Both the position numbers and the translations under genes were made by a program. DNA of 61,710 nt, counting the filler, from Squatina squatina (Eukaryota): NCBI GenBank assembly GCA_031763465.1. It is 4 parts of 4 records of this genome, joined end to end, with 100 filler letters (N's around TTAATTAATTAA, not from the genome) between each part and the next. Parts side by side here need not be neighbours in the genome. Positions count along the whole stretch, not along the records: positions 1 to 18,674 come from JARFOE010000120.1; 3 more parts are not named here. One strand, written 5' to 3'. The notes beneath the pieces were generated by a model. The model searched no databases. It was given only the letters and a program-made list of their open reading frames with translations, and was not told the origin of the DNA. Positions 1 to 12,446 of the stretch are shown piece by piece. Within the stretch, counting starts at the first letter, position 1. Each line of letters begins with the position of its first letter.

Positions 1-660
1 ATGCATATCAAACCTTCCACAGCACAGTAGGTTACAATATCACCTGTGAAATAGGCCCATCGGCAGATTTGATTTAAATTGGCAATTCAACCTCTTTATA
101 ACAAGTGATTACTGGCAAAATACAAACTTGTACATGCAAGCAATAAGCACCATGCTATCAATATTGTAAAGACTGCATGGGCCATTCGTATCGTATTTCT
201 CAAAGTTTAAAGCATGCTTTAGTAAGCACCATGCAGGCAAAGACTACAGTATGTTACTCATCCCCAGAAATTACCACTATTTTGAATAATGTGTGATCCA
301 TTCCAATAAAAGGATAAACAATGTTTCCATGTTGACATAATTGGAAACTTCACTCTCCAAGGGGGAGTGTGGGCGAGTCTTGGATCTAAAGCAGTGTTGT
401 CCAATAGAAATCACCAATTAGCCATAGTGTGGCTACTGGCGACACCGTTTCAGCCATACGACACTAATTTTCATAGAATACAGGTAAATGTCCTTCAAGT
501 ATATATTTACTAAACAAACAACTACCATTATTGAGTAACCAAGAAAGTAAAGCACTCAATNNNNNNNNNNNNNNNNNNNNNNNNNNNNNNNNNNNNNNNN
601 NNNNNNNNNNNNNNNNNNNNNNNNNNNNNNNNNNNNNNNNNNNNNNNNNNNNNNNNNNNN

Positions 661-1055
661 TTGGTCGGCCGACATGAGAGTCGGATGATAAATAAAGATG
701 GCAGCCGCAGGCGCACAGGCCCTCCCCTTTAAGAGAGCCGTTACAGCGACAGGTTTTGCTGTTGCAGCAACCGCCCGGTGCTGCGGCCGCCTCCCACGGG
801 TGAATTCCGTCCGCGAGACGTAAACGGGCCGCTAAGGGGGTTGCGGCTGCGTGGTGTGGGTCGCCGCACATCATTATGATGTCACGTGCCGACCCGCTGC
901 TGAATTCAGCTGGCCAGGAGCAAAGGCCTTTGCACCCCAGCTGAATTCCCCGAGAGGCAAGATGGCTGCCTCCCTGCACCATTTTGCCCTGTTTCGTCCC
1001 ATTAGCGCCCCTCGGAGGCGCCAATGGGGCGCAACAGGAAATGAATTTCTAGCCC
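661..1055. mobile_element. GC/CpG-rich non-autonomous DNA transposon (Harbinger-like MITE), one end visible
   Basis: Sharp GC island in an AT-rich intron; ends GAATTTCTAGCCC followed by TAA; shares AAGATGGC, CCCTTTAA and ATGATGTCA-like motifs with 60659-61042, 43040-43490, 33535-33825, 21454-21762. Confidence 0.55.
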
Positions 1056-1210
1056 TAAACATCTTGCAGTTCAGAGACAAAAGGAAGCCAACAAATGTAA
1101 TGACTTCCTGCACTTTATATTAATTATATTACAATGTTGCGTGTGTGTTACAAAAACGCCAACAAATAAACCATTGGAATGATTTCAGATGTAACATTGC
1201 TCTGTCTTAC

Positions 1211-1298
1211 CTTAATCTGTGAAACTGTAATTCTGGTTTCTGGGTTTTTATCTAACGTTTTAAAAATGAGATCCTTCAGCTCTTCAGAGAGGTCTGGC
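1211..1298 (-). CDS. CAMKK2: CAMKK2 kinase-domain exon (PDLSEELKDLIFKTLDKNPETRITVSQIK)
   Basis: AG acceptor at 1300-1299, GTAAG donor at 1210; 88 nt; phase fits the 1528-1601 exon; matches CAMKK subdomain XI. Confidence 0.93.
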
Positions 1299-1527
1299 CT
1301 AGCTCGCAAAATTAACAAAAGACATTTAAATATTTTCAACCAAAAAATAGCAATGAATCTCATTCCCCCATCCCACAAAGAGTCTGTAAAACCGAATCAT
1401 TGAATGAGAATAAAAACTCTGATCAAAAGAGAAGTAATAGAATCGACAAACAATTTAAGTTAGGAAAAAAACACTTTGAAGCAGACCCAAATTGAAAAAA
1501 ATGCGTATAAATATGCAAACTACTCAC

Positions 1528-1601
1528 TGCTCAGGAAATTCCACTGGCTGGTTCTTAATTTTGTTATGCAGACTTAATATCTGATCATCCATGAAGGGAC
1601 A
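1528..1601 (-). CDS. CAMKK2: CAMKK2 exon (CPFMDDQILSLHNKIKNQPVEFPEQ)
   Basis: AG at 1603-1602, GTGAGT donor at 1527; 74 nt; translated by hand (not in ORF track). Confidence 0.93.
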
Positions 1602-2217
1602 CTATCATAAAAACAAAGCTTTATCAGTTTTACATCCTTCACCAAGATTTTACAGGCTGCAAATGTAGACATGTCAGATAATCAAGAAATACAATACATA
1701 AATTTTGAAAAAGTTTACTATACAATTTCAAATAGTGAAAGCATAAATAACAAGCAAGTATGACTGCACATTTTAATTGTTAAATACGTTATTAAAATAC
1801 AAAGTGGTAAATTGTGCTCAAGAGTGAAATCTAGGCAATTACCACATGTTTGCTATCCAGACCAGATGATTCTGCCAAATGTTTTACACCAAACAGAAGA
1901 AAAGCTGCAGCACAACAAACACTGAAGGTAGTCAATGCTTTTATGAAGAATTCCTTTAAACAGGTGCTGGGCAGATACCTATTAGTAGTTATTTTTGACC
2001 CATTAATTCTTTCCAAAAATGGAACCACTCCTAACATTTAACTTTCAGATTTAACAAATGAATGACATAGTTTGTTCAATTAGGCATTTTAACATTTCAT
2101 TAATATTCCAAGCCATTTATCTTGCATTTTGTTGACTGGTTGATAATTTTGGTGAGATTGTGTTAATTTTCTCCACGTTTTCATTTTTTTAAAAAATATA
2201 CAGGTGAGTAAAGTAGA

Positions 2218-2463
2218 AGGAAGTTGAGGAGAAATATTTTCACCCAGAGGGCGTTAGGGGTCTGGAATCCACTGCCTGAAAGGTTGGTGGAGACCGAAAC
2301 TTCAACGCATTTAAAAATTAGTTGGATATGCACTTGCAATGCCGTAACCTATAAGGCTACAGACCAAGGGCTATGCTGGAATAGCTCTTTTTCAACTGGC
2401 ACATACACAGTGGGCCGAATGGCCTCCTTCTGTGCCGTAAACTTCTATGTTCCTATGATTAAA
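2218..2463 (+). mobile_element. CR1-type LINE 3' end
   Basis: RRNIFTQR.LGVWNPLP ORF2 tail, then GGGCCGAATGGCCT...TTCTATGTTCCTATGATT 3' terminus. Confidence 0.8.
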
Positions 2464-3249
2464 NNNNNNNNNNNNNNNNNNNNNNNNNNNNNNNNNNNNN
2501 NNNNNNNNNNNNNNNNNNNNNNNNNNNNNNNNNNNNNNNNNNNNNNNNNNNNNNNNNNNNNNNGAAGTTGTCAGGGGGTAAAAAACATTGTCTTAAGTTT
2601 TATTAATTCTGTAATTATGAAGGTAACTAAATATTGATCATCATCATTACTGTAGCTCAAAAAATACTTGAATGGAAGTGGCCAGATTGCTTTGAGAGAG
2701 GTTAATCGAATGAGGGGCATCTTAACTATTTGTGAATACAGAAATGAGCTGAAGTTACTGTGGTACTGTACAATAGCATGAGTTCAAGGAGCTCAGTGTT
2801 TCACTCAGCACTTTCAACCATTGGTCTTTGTTTTAATTTCCACCTCCCCCCACCCCCCGCCTTCAATAAACAGATTGAACAGAATAATATACAATAAAAT
2901 CAAAATCTATTCTAAGCCAATGCTACAGGATTTGAGTTCTTCAAAAATTCTGTTTGATTAGGATACCTCCACAATCTATTAGCCTGCTAAGACTCATTTA
3001 CATTCACTCCTGAAGGACGACCACTTGGGTGAGTGACCGATGGCAGCAGGTGCTGTAGAAGTATGCCCCAATATGTTACTGGAGCTTCATAAGAAGAGAA
3101 AATAAGTGTTGTTTGCCAGTGTCTACTTGTTTGAAGTGAACAGTGAGATAGAGATTAATGTTCTTGTGAAACTAACTGGAAAATTTGCAAGCACCAAAGC
3201 CGTATGAATATTATAAATATTGGAATTTTTTTTTAATTCTGTGTTTCAG

Positions 3250-3722
<473 letters not shown>

Positions 3723-4385
3723 TTAAATCTAGTTTGACCGTTTCAATGTGGCAGTAACCTGCCAGTACCATAACTCAGGGCAGGAGGATAGGGCAACACT
3801 TCATTTCACATAACTAACACCAATCTCCTCTACTACAACTTGCACTAATATATAACACCTTCAAAATAATTAAACATCTCAAAGTGCTCCATGAAAGCAA
3901 AAGTAACTGGACACTACATTTATAACTGTCAGATTTTCCTTAATTAACACTCAGGCTTCAGTAGAGGTACCATCACCATAGCCAGGAAGCAGTAATACTC
4001 AATCTCGAATATAGTAGGTAGATCGGATCATGTTACATGCATTCTTTGAAGAAAATGTTATTATTTACAAGCGTTATAGAGTGATATGGATGGGGATTTC
4101 TGCTGATGATTCCCCACATGATGAGTTTCTAATCTCAGCCATGCTGTGGTGGGAATGCCATGCAATATCCCACAGGGAGGGATAGTTATCTTGGACCACT
4201 CTCATGCACCTCTTATAAGTCAGTTACAGCACAGCATAAGCAAGGACGGGGTACAGTTCACCTGCTTACTTGTCAGGGATTGTGTATGGGTGTAGCAAAA
4301 CAAGGCAGAGGGAAAAATAAATAGAAAGTTAACAGTATTTCAACACCATTTCAACCAGAAGGTCTCACTGTTTTTTCCCTATTCA

Positions 4386-4565
<180 letters not shown>

Positions 4566-5691
4566 CTATTTTTCCACCAAAATAAATATCCTTGAACTGA
4601 GCTGTGTTAGAATTGGAGATATGATACATTTTTATTTTTGCAATGCCACAAATAGAGGCTAGACATTAGTCACTTTTCCATATGGAGAAAAAGAGGCTGT
4701 TGTGCACTCCCAACAGTTGGCTGAACAGGATGGCAGTGGGTCTTTGTTCGATCACAGTGTGGGGTGAAGTTCGACAATTTAAAATGGTGACCATGGAAGA
4801 GGAGTAGAAATGAATATTTTGAGTCATCTGTTTTTAATTGTCTGTACAGAACATGTAAAATTGTAATCCATAGACACGGTATAAAAATGTGATTTGGTCC
4901 TTGAAAGGGTAAAAAGATCCAATAATAAATTTCAACGGCAAATCAAATTTATTTTCCGACTCTAAATTTTATTAGTACATTGTTTTCCAATATTTGGAAG
5001 TGAACAAAATAAAGTAAATAATACAGAAACTTTACAGACTATTGCAGCAAAAATGGTTGAAGCAATAACATTCTTCAGAATCTCTCAATGCTTTTTACAG
5101 AGCTATTGCTCATTTCTTTCTCCTTAAAGGTCAAGTAAACATGGTTGCAATTAAAAGGGGCACTTCTAATGTAATATATTAATCTCCATCCAATTTAGCT
5201 GCTATGAAGTTTTCTTGAAATCTTCCTTATTACTCCCTTCTGTGAGATCTAGAATATAACATTTTGACTATTAGATGTACAAAATCTAGGTGTGAAAGGG
5301 TTGCTCAACCGAGAGCAGGAAAGAACTAGCAAAATGTTATATTTTAAAAGTGCATTTAATACCTGTTTAAGAGCAGAAGACTGTGTTGCTCAACAGAATT
5401 AAATTTTAGTTAAAACATAAAATAAATTACATCTCCAGTGTACAACAATGCGCAGTCTGAACCAGTCTTTTGTCTGATGTTAAAAGTCAAAGACTAGCAT
5501 TATTTTTTTTAGTTACAAGTGCATAATTTTGAGGATCCATAAAGCACAATCTATCGTACCTTTCACTTGCTTCTTCATCACTTTGTAAAAGNNNNNNNNN
5601 NNNNNNNNNNNNNNNNNNNNNNNNNNNNNNNNNNNNNNNNNNNNNNNNNNNNNNNNNNNNNNNNNNNNNNNNNNNNNNNNNNNNNNNNNNN

Positions 5692-5743
5692 GTGGAAAAC
5701 CAGCTTGTCTTATTAACTTCTTTTTAGAAAGGACTTTCATTGC
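5692..5743 (-). CDS. CAMKK2: CAMKK2 exon with catalytic Lys (AMKVLSKKKLIRQAGFP)
   Basis: AG at 5745-5744; ends at the N gap; LIRQAGFP is CAMKK2-type rather than CAMKK1-type. Confidence 0.93.
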
Positions 5744-6126
5744 CTAGCAAGAAAATTTAATTAATATGTGTGAAGCTTATTAATTCAGGAAATAATTAAA
5801 TTTAGTCTGACAAAACAAGACAAAATGAAGTAATCCTGAATTTCAGAAAAAATTGGAAAAAATGTAGTTATATTTACCAGATTAGACAATAAACAATGTT
5901 ATTATATCAAAGAAAATAAAAACAGCAATTAGATTTCAGTTGCACTATTCTGTGTTCAACTGTCCGCATAACCATCTGTGATATGAAATTCTAGTTCAAT
6001 GTAGGATCTGGCTAACATTTAGTAAAATCATATTTTGAAAATGTAATTATGCACATTAAAATACAAAGTGCAGAATATTAAACAAAAATAACTTCTGCTT
6101 TTATCTTTGAGCTTTCTCTTTTTATC

Positions 6127-6519
6127 TTTGAGCCAGCAGGACAAACCAGAGTGTGGCTTCTGGGTGACAAGGGCTATCCACTGACCACGTGTCTCATGAC
6201 TCCGCTCTGCAATCCAACCAGATGTGGGCAGCATGCGTACCATGAGAGCCATGCTGCGACATGGAATCTGATCGAGCCGATCACTGGCGCCCTTAAACAA
6301 TGCTTCCTTTGCCTGGACTGCTTGGAGGAGCACTGCAGTACTCACCAGAGCGTGTCTCAAGATTCGTCGGGGTCTGCTGTGTGCTTCACAACCTCATCAT
6401 CATGAGGGCGCAGCCCTTGCCACCAGGCATATGGTGACTAGATGAGGAGGATGCAATCCAGACAGCCCCTTTCTGCCCAAGCTGTACGCGACCAACTCAC
6501 CCGACTGCGGTATGAGTAA
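6127..6519 (+). mobile_element. Decayed PIF/Harbinger transposase C-terminus
   Basis: WLLGDKGYP...LMTP...H..T...IE...G.LK..F.CLD, then after a frameshift ALQYSPERV...CCVLHN; typical Harbinger/HARBI1 DDE C-terminal half; internal stop and frameshifts. Confidence 0.85.
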
Positions 6520-6689
6520 ACGCAACCCCAATTTCCCATTTATTAATAGTCCCACAACTTATCTTCCCTTTGTTACTGAGCATCATAGCTCCCTCTTGGC
6601 CACAATGCCAAAATAAAAGCCAATGTAAATGAAAATTTAAAATCCAACAACATCCATTAGTCCATCCAATATAAGCTAATAAAGTCAAC

Positions 6690-7153
6690 TAATCATCCTT
6701 GCACATTCCCTCACTGCCTATTTTCCGTGTTCCTTTCCCTGTCCTAGTGCTCCTATGAAGTGCTACCCCAGTGTCTGCAGCATAGCTAGTGGAATGCTGC
6801 AGATTTTAATGGAGATTGCAGATGGTCTTGCAGGTTAACCTCAAGCACCTCTGAGGTTAGAAGGCCCAGCTGCACCATTGCGGCATGGGCAGCAGCAGTC
6901 TGGGCTGACTGGCTTACAGGGAACAGCAAGGGCACTGAGGGAGTGGCAGTGGTGGGAGGGTGAATGTTGTCATCCTGAGAGAGAACAGCAGATTTATCCC
7001 CCACGGAGTCACTGTCATTCCCCCGAGGCAGTGCCTCAGCATTCCTAGCCATCTGTTGGAAGACAGAGTGTTGGAGTGCTTTGACACTCTGCAACTCCCT
7101 TTCCACACTGGGAAACCCACCCACGATGACCGCAGCCTGAGGTTGTGTAGCAG
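6690..7153 (-). mobile_element. Probable remnant of the convergent second (DNA-binding partner) gene of the same Harbinger element
   Basis: Low-complexity Pro/Ser/Ala ORF remnant (6786-7124) converging on the transposase; AATAAA on + at 6612-6617 and on - at 6544-6539 between them; no Myb domain visible (gap follows). Confidence 0.45.
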
Positions 7154-7388
7154 NNNNNNNNNNNNNNNNNNNNNNNNNNNNNNNNNNNNNNNNNNNNNNN
7201 NNNNNNNNNNNNNNNNNNNNNNNNNNNNNNNNNNNNNNNNNNNNNNNNNNNNNTATTTTTGTCTATAACTAGATTTTCAATATGGACTCTATTTCAATTA
7301 ATTTGAACAAAATACATACTTATTTCATTTAAATACAGTACAGAATAGCCTTTCTGATACATTAATTAGTCAAGGAAGATACACCTAC

Positions 7389-7907
7389 CTGCAGGTCTGT
7401 AATAGATACTCTATGAGACTCCACTGTTGGTCGACGAGGCAACCGAGGAGAAGAATGTGGCGATGTAATTGGAGAATATGGCAAAGACGGATAAATGTAA
7501 CGTCCATTAATGGCTGAGCCACTAGCAGATGACTGAGTTAAATTGGACTTTTCTTGAAGAGATAACTTCCGATTGGTCATATTTAGCTTGATTCTAGGTA
7601 CTCGGACATCTTCTGATTGAGCTCTTTCTAATCGTCCTGAAGCCTTATCACAGGATAATCTGATCTCTTCATTATTCACCTGCATAGGTTCATCTTCCAG
7701 CATTCCTTCTCCATGTTGTCCTAGTTCATTGTCAGTGGCACTCTGATCATATTCTGTTACAATGATGAAAGACTCCATGCCTAAATCAATGGTCAGGGAT
7801 GATAGACTACAACTAATACCTAGCTGCTTCGTGTTGTTGTTAGTACATTGCTCATCTTTGCTAACAGGCCTCTTGGCAGCAGATCTGCTTGAGACACATG
7901 ATGACAT
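7389..7907 (-). CDS. CAMKK2: CAMKK2 first coding exon (MSSCVSS...RKLSLQE...GRYIYPSLPYSPITSPHSSPRLPRRPTVESHRVSITDLQ)
   Basis: ATG at 7907 in GCACCATG context; CAG|GTAGG donor; acceptor AG at 7961-7960; MSSCVSS start and regulatory Ser/Pro motif typical of CAMKK2. Confidence 0.95.
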
Positions 7908-8140
7908 GGTGCTTCTCCTTACTTCATCCAAATGGATAGGTCATGTGACCTTGAGCTGCCTATAGAAATAATATAAGATGGTTAAGAAAAAGATTTTAAT
8001 CACATTAGCTTTTTGATGAATTATCCAAATAAGAACATACGACCACCAACAAAGGAGTAATCATTTTCCAATTTGAATTCACCACAGTAAAAAAAAGTTG
8101 AATTCAGTTTCTACAAATTGAAGTCATATACTACTCAACA

Positions 8141-8760
8141 AAACAAAGAGGTACCGGGAACAGCTAAAGAAAACTAGGACCGCTAATAGCGCAGCTAAAA
8201 GAATAATGGAAAAGAAGCTGGTAAACATGTGTGAAAGTACATAAGGAATATGAGCAGGAGTTGGCCATTCAGCCCCTCGAGCCTNNNNNNNNNNACAAAG
8301 AGGTACCGGGAACAGCTAAAGAAAACTAAGGCCGCTATTAGATCAGCTAATAGGTTAATGGAAAAGAGGATCGTAGACAATTGTGGAAATATTTTTCAGC
8401 TAAGTCAAGAGTCAGAGAACAGTCAAGGATTGTTTTGGGCCATTGAAAGATGCTCAAGGAAAGTTTACAAAGGATCCAAAGGTTATAGTAGAGATGCTAG
8501 ATGAGCACTTTGTATTGGTCTGCATTCTTGAAGTTGAAGCTCAAATGTAAGAATTCAATGATGTTGAAACAATAAAACTGTTAAAATTTCAATAGATGAA
8601 CATATTGTTTTAGATAGAGTTAGGAACCTTAAAATAGATAGGGCAGCCAGTCTGCCTGATATCCATTCGAGGGTACTCAGAGAGATGGGGTAGGTGCTGT
8701 GCCAGCCACTTTCCCATAACTTAAATAGCTCGCTCGAGTCCAAGACTGTTCCCCATCATT
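8141..8760 (+). mobile_element. Degraded CR1-type LINE ORF2 fragments (two copies around a 10-N gap)
   Basis: YREQLKKTKAAIRSA.RLMEKRI and LKIDRA...PD.IH.RVLRE-like remnants. Confidence 0.55.
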
Positions 8761-9446
8761 ATGCCAAATATCTAACAGATACAAGAAAGAATACACAAAG
8801 GAAGAGTGTTACCGATATGAAATATTAGCTTTGCTGCAGTTCTAAATAATTTCCTTGAATTCTTCCACCTTGCTCTAGAGAACTACCTCATCCATTGCCA
8901 ATATTCCTCACACTAACCCCCGCCCACTTTTCATGACAGGCTACATTACTTATAGAAGCAAGCAGTATAGGCAAGATATCGAACAGTCCGAGCAAAGGTA
9001 CTAGAAGTCTGGAGACAGACACCAAGGAGTTAATTTTTAAAAAGCAGTCAGCAAAGTCCCTTTCTTTTGAATTCTTCTTGGAGAACTCGAAGTATTTCTA
9101 GAAAGAACTATCTAATCTTGTTCCTCAGCAAAAACAACAGAACATTCCTAATAATTATCTAAGTGCAAGTTTAGAGATACAGTCCCCACCACTTAAACAG
9201 TCCACGTTTAAAATGCGCAATCGCTATATCGGGCAAAAAACGATAACCATTGGCCATTTGCATTAACGTCACTTTCAAAGTTNNNNNNNNNNNNNNNNNN
9301 NNNNNNNNNNNNNNNNNNNNNNNNNNNNNNNNNNNNNNNNNNNNNNNNNNNNNNNNNNNNNNNNNNNNNNNNNNNNNNNNNNCATCAAGCTTTTACTGCA
9401 AAAGGGTTCCTTTGGATTAAGTTGTTGCATTAAAATGCATCATGTG

Positions 9447-9652
9447 CTATGAAAGAAGAGGCACTCCATAGGTTGGCAGCTCCTGGTGTAGCTGACGGAA
9501 CATCATGGCACATTTATTTCTCTCTTTTGTCTTGCCTAGAGTGTTGAACAGCCTTGCCTGTAAGTAAAGGACTTCTCTGATCCGCTCACTGCAGTCTGCT
9601 TTTTCAAAATACATCTTGGCTTCATTCAGATTTTGAAGTGCTGATTCAAAAG
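9447..9652 (-). CDS. ANAPC5: ANAPC5 last coding exon (AFESALQNLNEAKMYF...YLQARLFNTLGKTKERNKCAMMFRQLHQELPTYGVPLLS*)
   Basis: AG at 9654-9653; TAG at 9449-9447; matches the APC5 C-terminal TPR region; translated by hand. Confidence 0.93.
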
Positions 9653-10017
9653 CTTCAAAGAAAGTTAGATTTTAGAAAATGTGCAAATGTGGCAGTCACC
9701 AGCAAGCAACATCACTAGAAAGTACTGGGATGTACTCTAGCCATTATAATATGGTATACTAATTATAATATGGGCACATTTTAGTAATCCTCACAAAGAA
9801 TAGTTTTTTTAAATGAGGAAAATATTGGTTTTAACATTTTGGTTAAACTTCCTACAATTTACAGGATCTATAAAGATAAAAATATAAAGCTTCCAGCTAT
9901 TCCTTTAAATTAAAAGGTAATTGTAAACTCAATTTGTCATTTTCTTGAATATTATTAGATTCCTGAGCAGTAGAGAATTAAATTTATGCAGCCAGAAGTT
10001 TCACAAAGAACAAAATA

Positions 10018-10236
10018 AACTTGCATTTATATAGTGCCTTTCATGATCTCAGGACATCCCAAAGCACTTCACAAGCAATGAAATACTTTTGAAGATTAGT
10101 CACTGTTGTAATGCAAGGAAACACAGCAACCAATCTGCGCAAAACAAGGTCTCACAAACATCAATGAAATAAATTATCAGATTATATGTTTTAGTGATGA
10201 TGGTTGAGGGATAAATGTTGGCCAGGGTAGCATGAG
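10018..10236 (-). mobile_element. Deu-domain-type SINE (SacSINE1/AmnSINE-like) 3' half
   Basis: Reverse of the ...GGCACTATATAAATGCAAGT tail plus AATATTTATCCCTCAACC-like core; related copies at 21851-22050, 26922-27074, 34728-34890, 49933-50045, 50252-50525; tRNA-like head at 39552-39645. Confidence 0.7.
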
Positions 10237-10934
10237 NNNNNNNNNNNNNNNNNNNNNNNNNNNNNNNNNNNNNNNNNNNNNNNNNNNNNNNNNNNNNNNN
10301 NNNNNNNNNNNNNNNNNNNNNNNNNNNNNNNNNNNNGTTCCAATGTATAGATCTGGATCATTCATTTTGTAAGGCTTTCTAAATTATACATAGACTTATA
10401 ACATTTCAGTTACTCTAAAAATGTGTAACAGAGAGGTAGCATAGAGTGGTGAGACAGGTTCAGGACCACTCTGCCGAGTTCCAAATCTCACCTGCACCTA
10501 TTGAGAGGCACTGAGAGGCCGCCAGGTATTTCACTACAGAGAAGAACTCAGCAATAGTTTAGTTTCTGGCCAGTTTGCTCCTGTACCACTGATAAGGCTA
10601 CCATAGACCCAGAAAAACACATGTTCTGCAGAGTTTATGTCCCATTCTGCATCAGGGTCTCGACATTAGGCCCCTGATTTTGGCAACTGAGACTTCCGGG
10701 GTAATCAGGAGACTGTGCCCAGAAATTACACCTCACACTCCACCAACAACATCCATTTAAAACATGCACAACCAGGAACAATTTCCCCCATTCTCAGGGA
10801 GTTTACTTTTAAGAAAATTCAGTGACCACAAAATTAGTACTTTAACCATGTGACATTATGCTATAATTGGGAATTGGAAACACGTTAGGAAGATCGCAAT
10901 ACTGTTAGGAAACATACTTCAAGCAATGTTCTTG

Positions 10935-11187
10935 TGATCTAGCTAGCGGATATGCTCCTTGGTGGCTTGACTTAGCCAAGTAACTGAGCAAAACAGACAA
11001 GAAAGTGTGATGTTTGACCCTTGGTTTGTGCAGAGTAAGCTAATCTCAGCTGAGATGCAGTAGGAGCACTACAATTGGTCTCAGTGCATCTTGGGCAAGG
11101 GGACAAAAAGCCAAGGTCCCTGGTCCTAATTACTAGCCAGTGAACTCTGCTGAAGTATGCATGATAAGGATAGGTTTGGACTAAACC
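10935..11187 (+). mobile_element. Unclassified SINE-like repeat family
   Basis: Overlapping related segments at 2945-3100, 11612-11865, 20625-20815 and 26745-26905 (AGCTAATCTCAGC...ACAATTGG.CTCAG...CCTGATT...CCAGTGA). Confidence 0.5.
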
Positions 11188-11897
11188 NNNNNNNNNNNNN
11201 NNNNNNNNNNNNNNNNNNNNNNNNNNNNNNNNNNNNNNNNNNNNNNNNNNNNNNNNNNNNNNNNNNNNNNNNNNNNNNNNNNNNNNNTTTCTGAGCGCAG
11301 AACAGGCACAAAAAACATACTTGTTCATCTGCTTAAGTTACAAGCCAATTGGGCCCCTTAGGAATCTAAGTGTACCCAAAATTCATGCCCAGGACGAGTA
11401 ACTCCATAATGCTACCAGTGATTGATAAAGAATTGATGACAAGAAATATCCTTCATTTATTGAGCCCGATACTGTGTAATTCTCTCCTCATCAAGATAGG
11501 TCATTTCGTAAATGCACCACATGATATGATGCTGAGTCATGCAGACAAGGAAGATCTGAGGTTTAATATGTGACATCAACTAGTTTTCAAAATAAAGGCT
11601 CTTCGGTACTCCTGGGATTAGAATGGGAAAAATGTCAATCAGGATTTCTGTTCCTGATTGCTACTGGAGCTGTTTGCTTTTGAAGGTTCGATGAGAACCA
11701 TGTTGGCTGCACTGTGATTAACCCTTCCCATATTGAATAGGTCATTGTTGGTCACTGTCTAGATTCAGATACGACTTGAGTGAGGTACTGATTGACTGAA
11801 GCTACCCATGGAACTGTATCTCATCAAGGTGGTAATGCCTGCAGGAGAGAAGGGCAGACAAAAAAAAGTGGAAAAAACCCCCACAAAGCTAACTCAC

Positions 11898-12033
11898 CTG
11901 TTCTGCATGAAGTTCTGCTAGGTGGCACAGTACGACAGCCATTGCCTCAGTGTTATTTTGATGGATATCCATGTTTACAGACTCCAGGCTGTGCATGTAC
12001 AGAAGAAGCTGGGTTTGCTGCAGTGCCATTGTG
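11898..12033 (-). CDS. ANAPC5: ANAPC5 exon (STMALQQTQLLLYMHSLESVNMDIHQNNTEAMAVVLCHLAELHAEQ)
   Basis: AG at 12035-12034, GTGAGT at 11897; 136 nt; phase joins the 12909-13090 exon. Confidence 0.93.
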
Positions 12034-12335
12034 CTACAATGATGAAAATGAAACGGTAACCATTAGTGCTGTGAATTATTTATTAGAAATCATGCCAAAC
12101 ACTCTTGAAAGTTCTGTCTAGTAGGTAAATCTAATATGTGCCACTGAGACATATAGAATAACGCAACACCAGAACCAGGTAGCAAAGCTGGCACTAACTC
12201 TTTTCCGGAGTATCACCAAAGGATTCAAAAAGGGGAGGAAAGAAAAAAAAGTGTTCAGTGATTCTTTGCAGAAGGATATGGATGTTGATAGAAGGAATGA
12301 CCAGGCTTCTGTTGTGATGCCCCTTCTCTTTCCCT

Positions 12336-12446
12336 GACAGCCATTGCCTCAGTGTTATTTTGATGGAAGAAGCTGGGTTTGCTGCAGTGCCACTGTGCTA
12401 CAATGATGATAATGAAATGCTAACCATTAGCGCTGTACATGCACAG
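12336..12446 (-). repeat. Rearranged partial duplicate of the ANAPC5 11898-12033 exon and its acceptor
   Basis: 12336-12436 copies 11934-12072 with a 38-nt deletion and several substitutions; 12433-12446 is the reverse complement of 11989-12002. Confidence 0.9.

Noticed and set aside
392-466. MER3-like hAT MITE (CAGTGTTGTCCAAT...TAGCCA..TGGCTA)
   Set aside because: Right TIR is degenerate and no TSD was found; too short to call
661-1055. CpG-island promoter
   Set aside because: Lies inside a CAMKK2 intron and has a homologue at 60659, so it is better explained as a repeat
8144-8370. Apparent tandem duplication across the 10-N gap
   Set aside because: 34 identical nt and then divergence inside LINE sequence fits two repeat copies or an assembly bubble, not a functional duplication
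11792-12121. Plus-strand ORFs sharing EEAGFAAVPLCYND (also 12360)
   Set aside because: Antisense reading of the ANAPC5 exon and its duplicate
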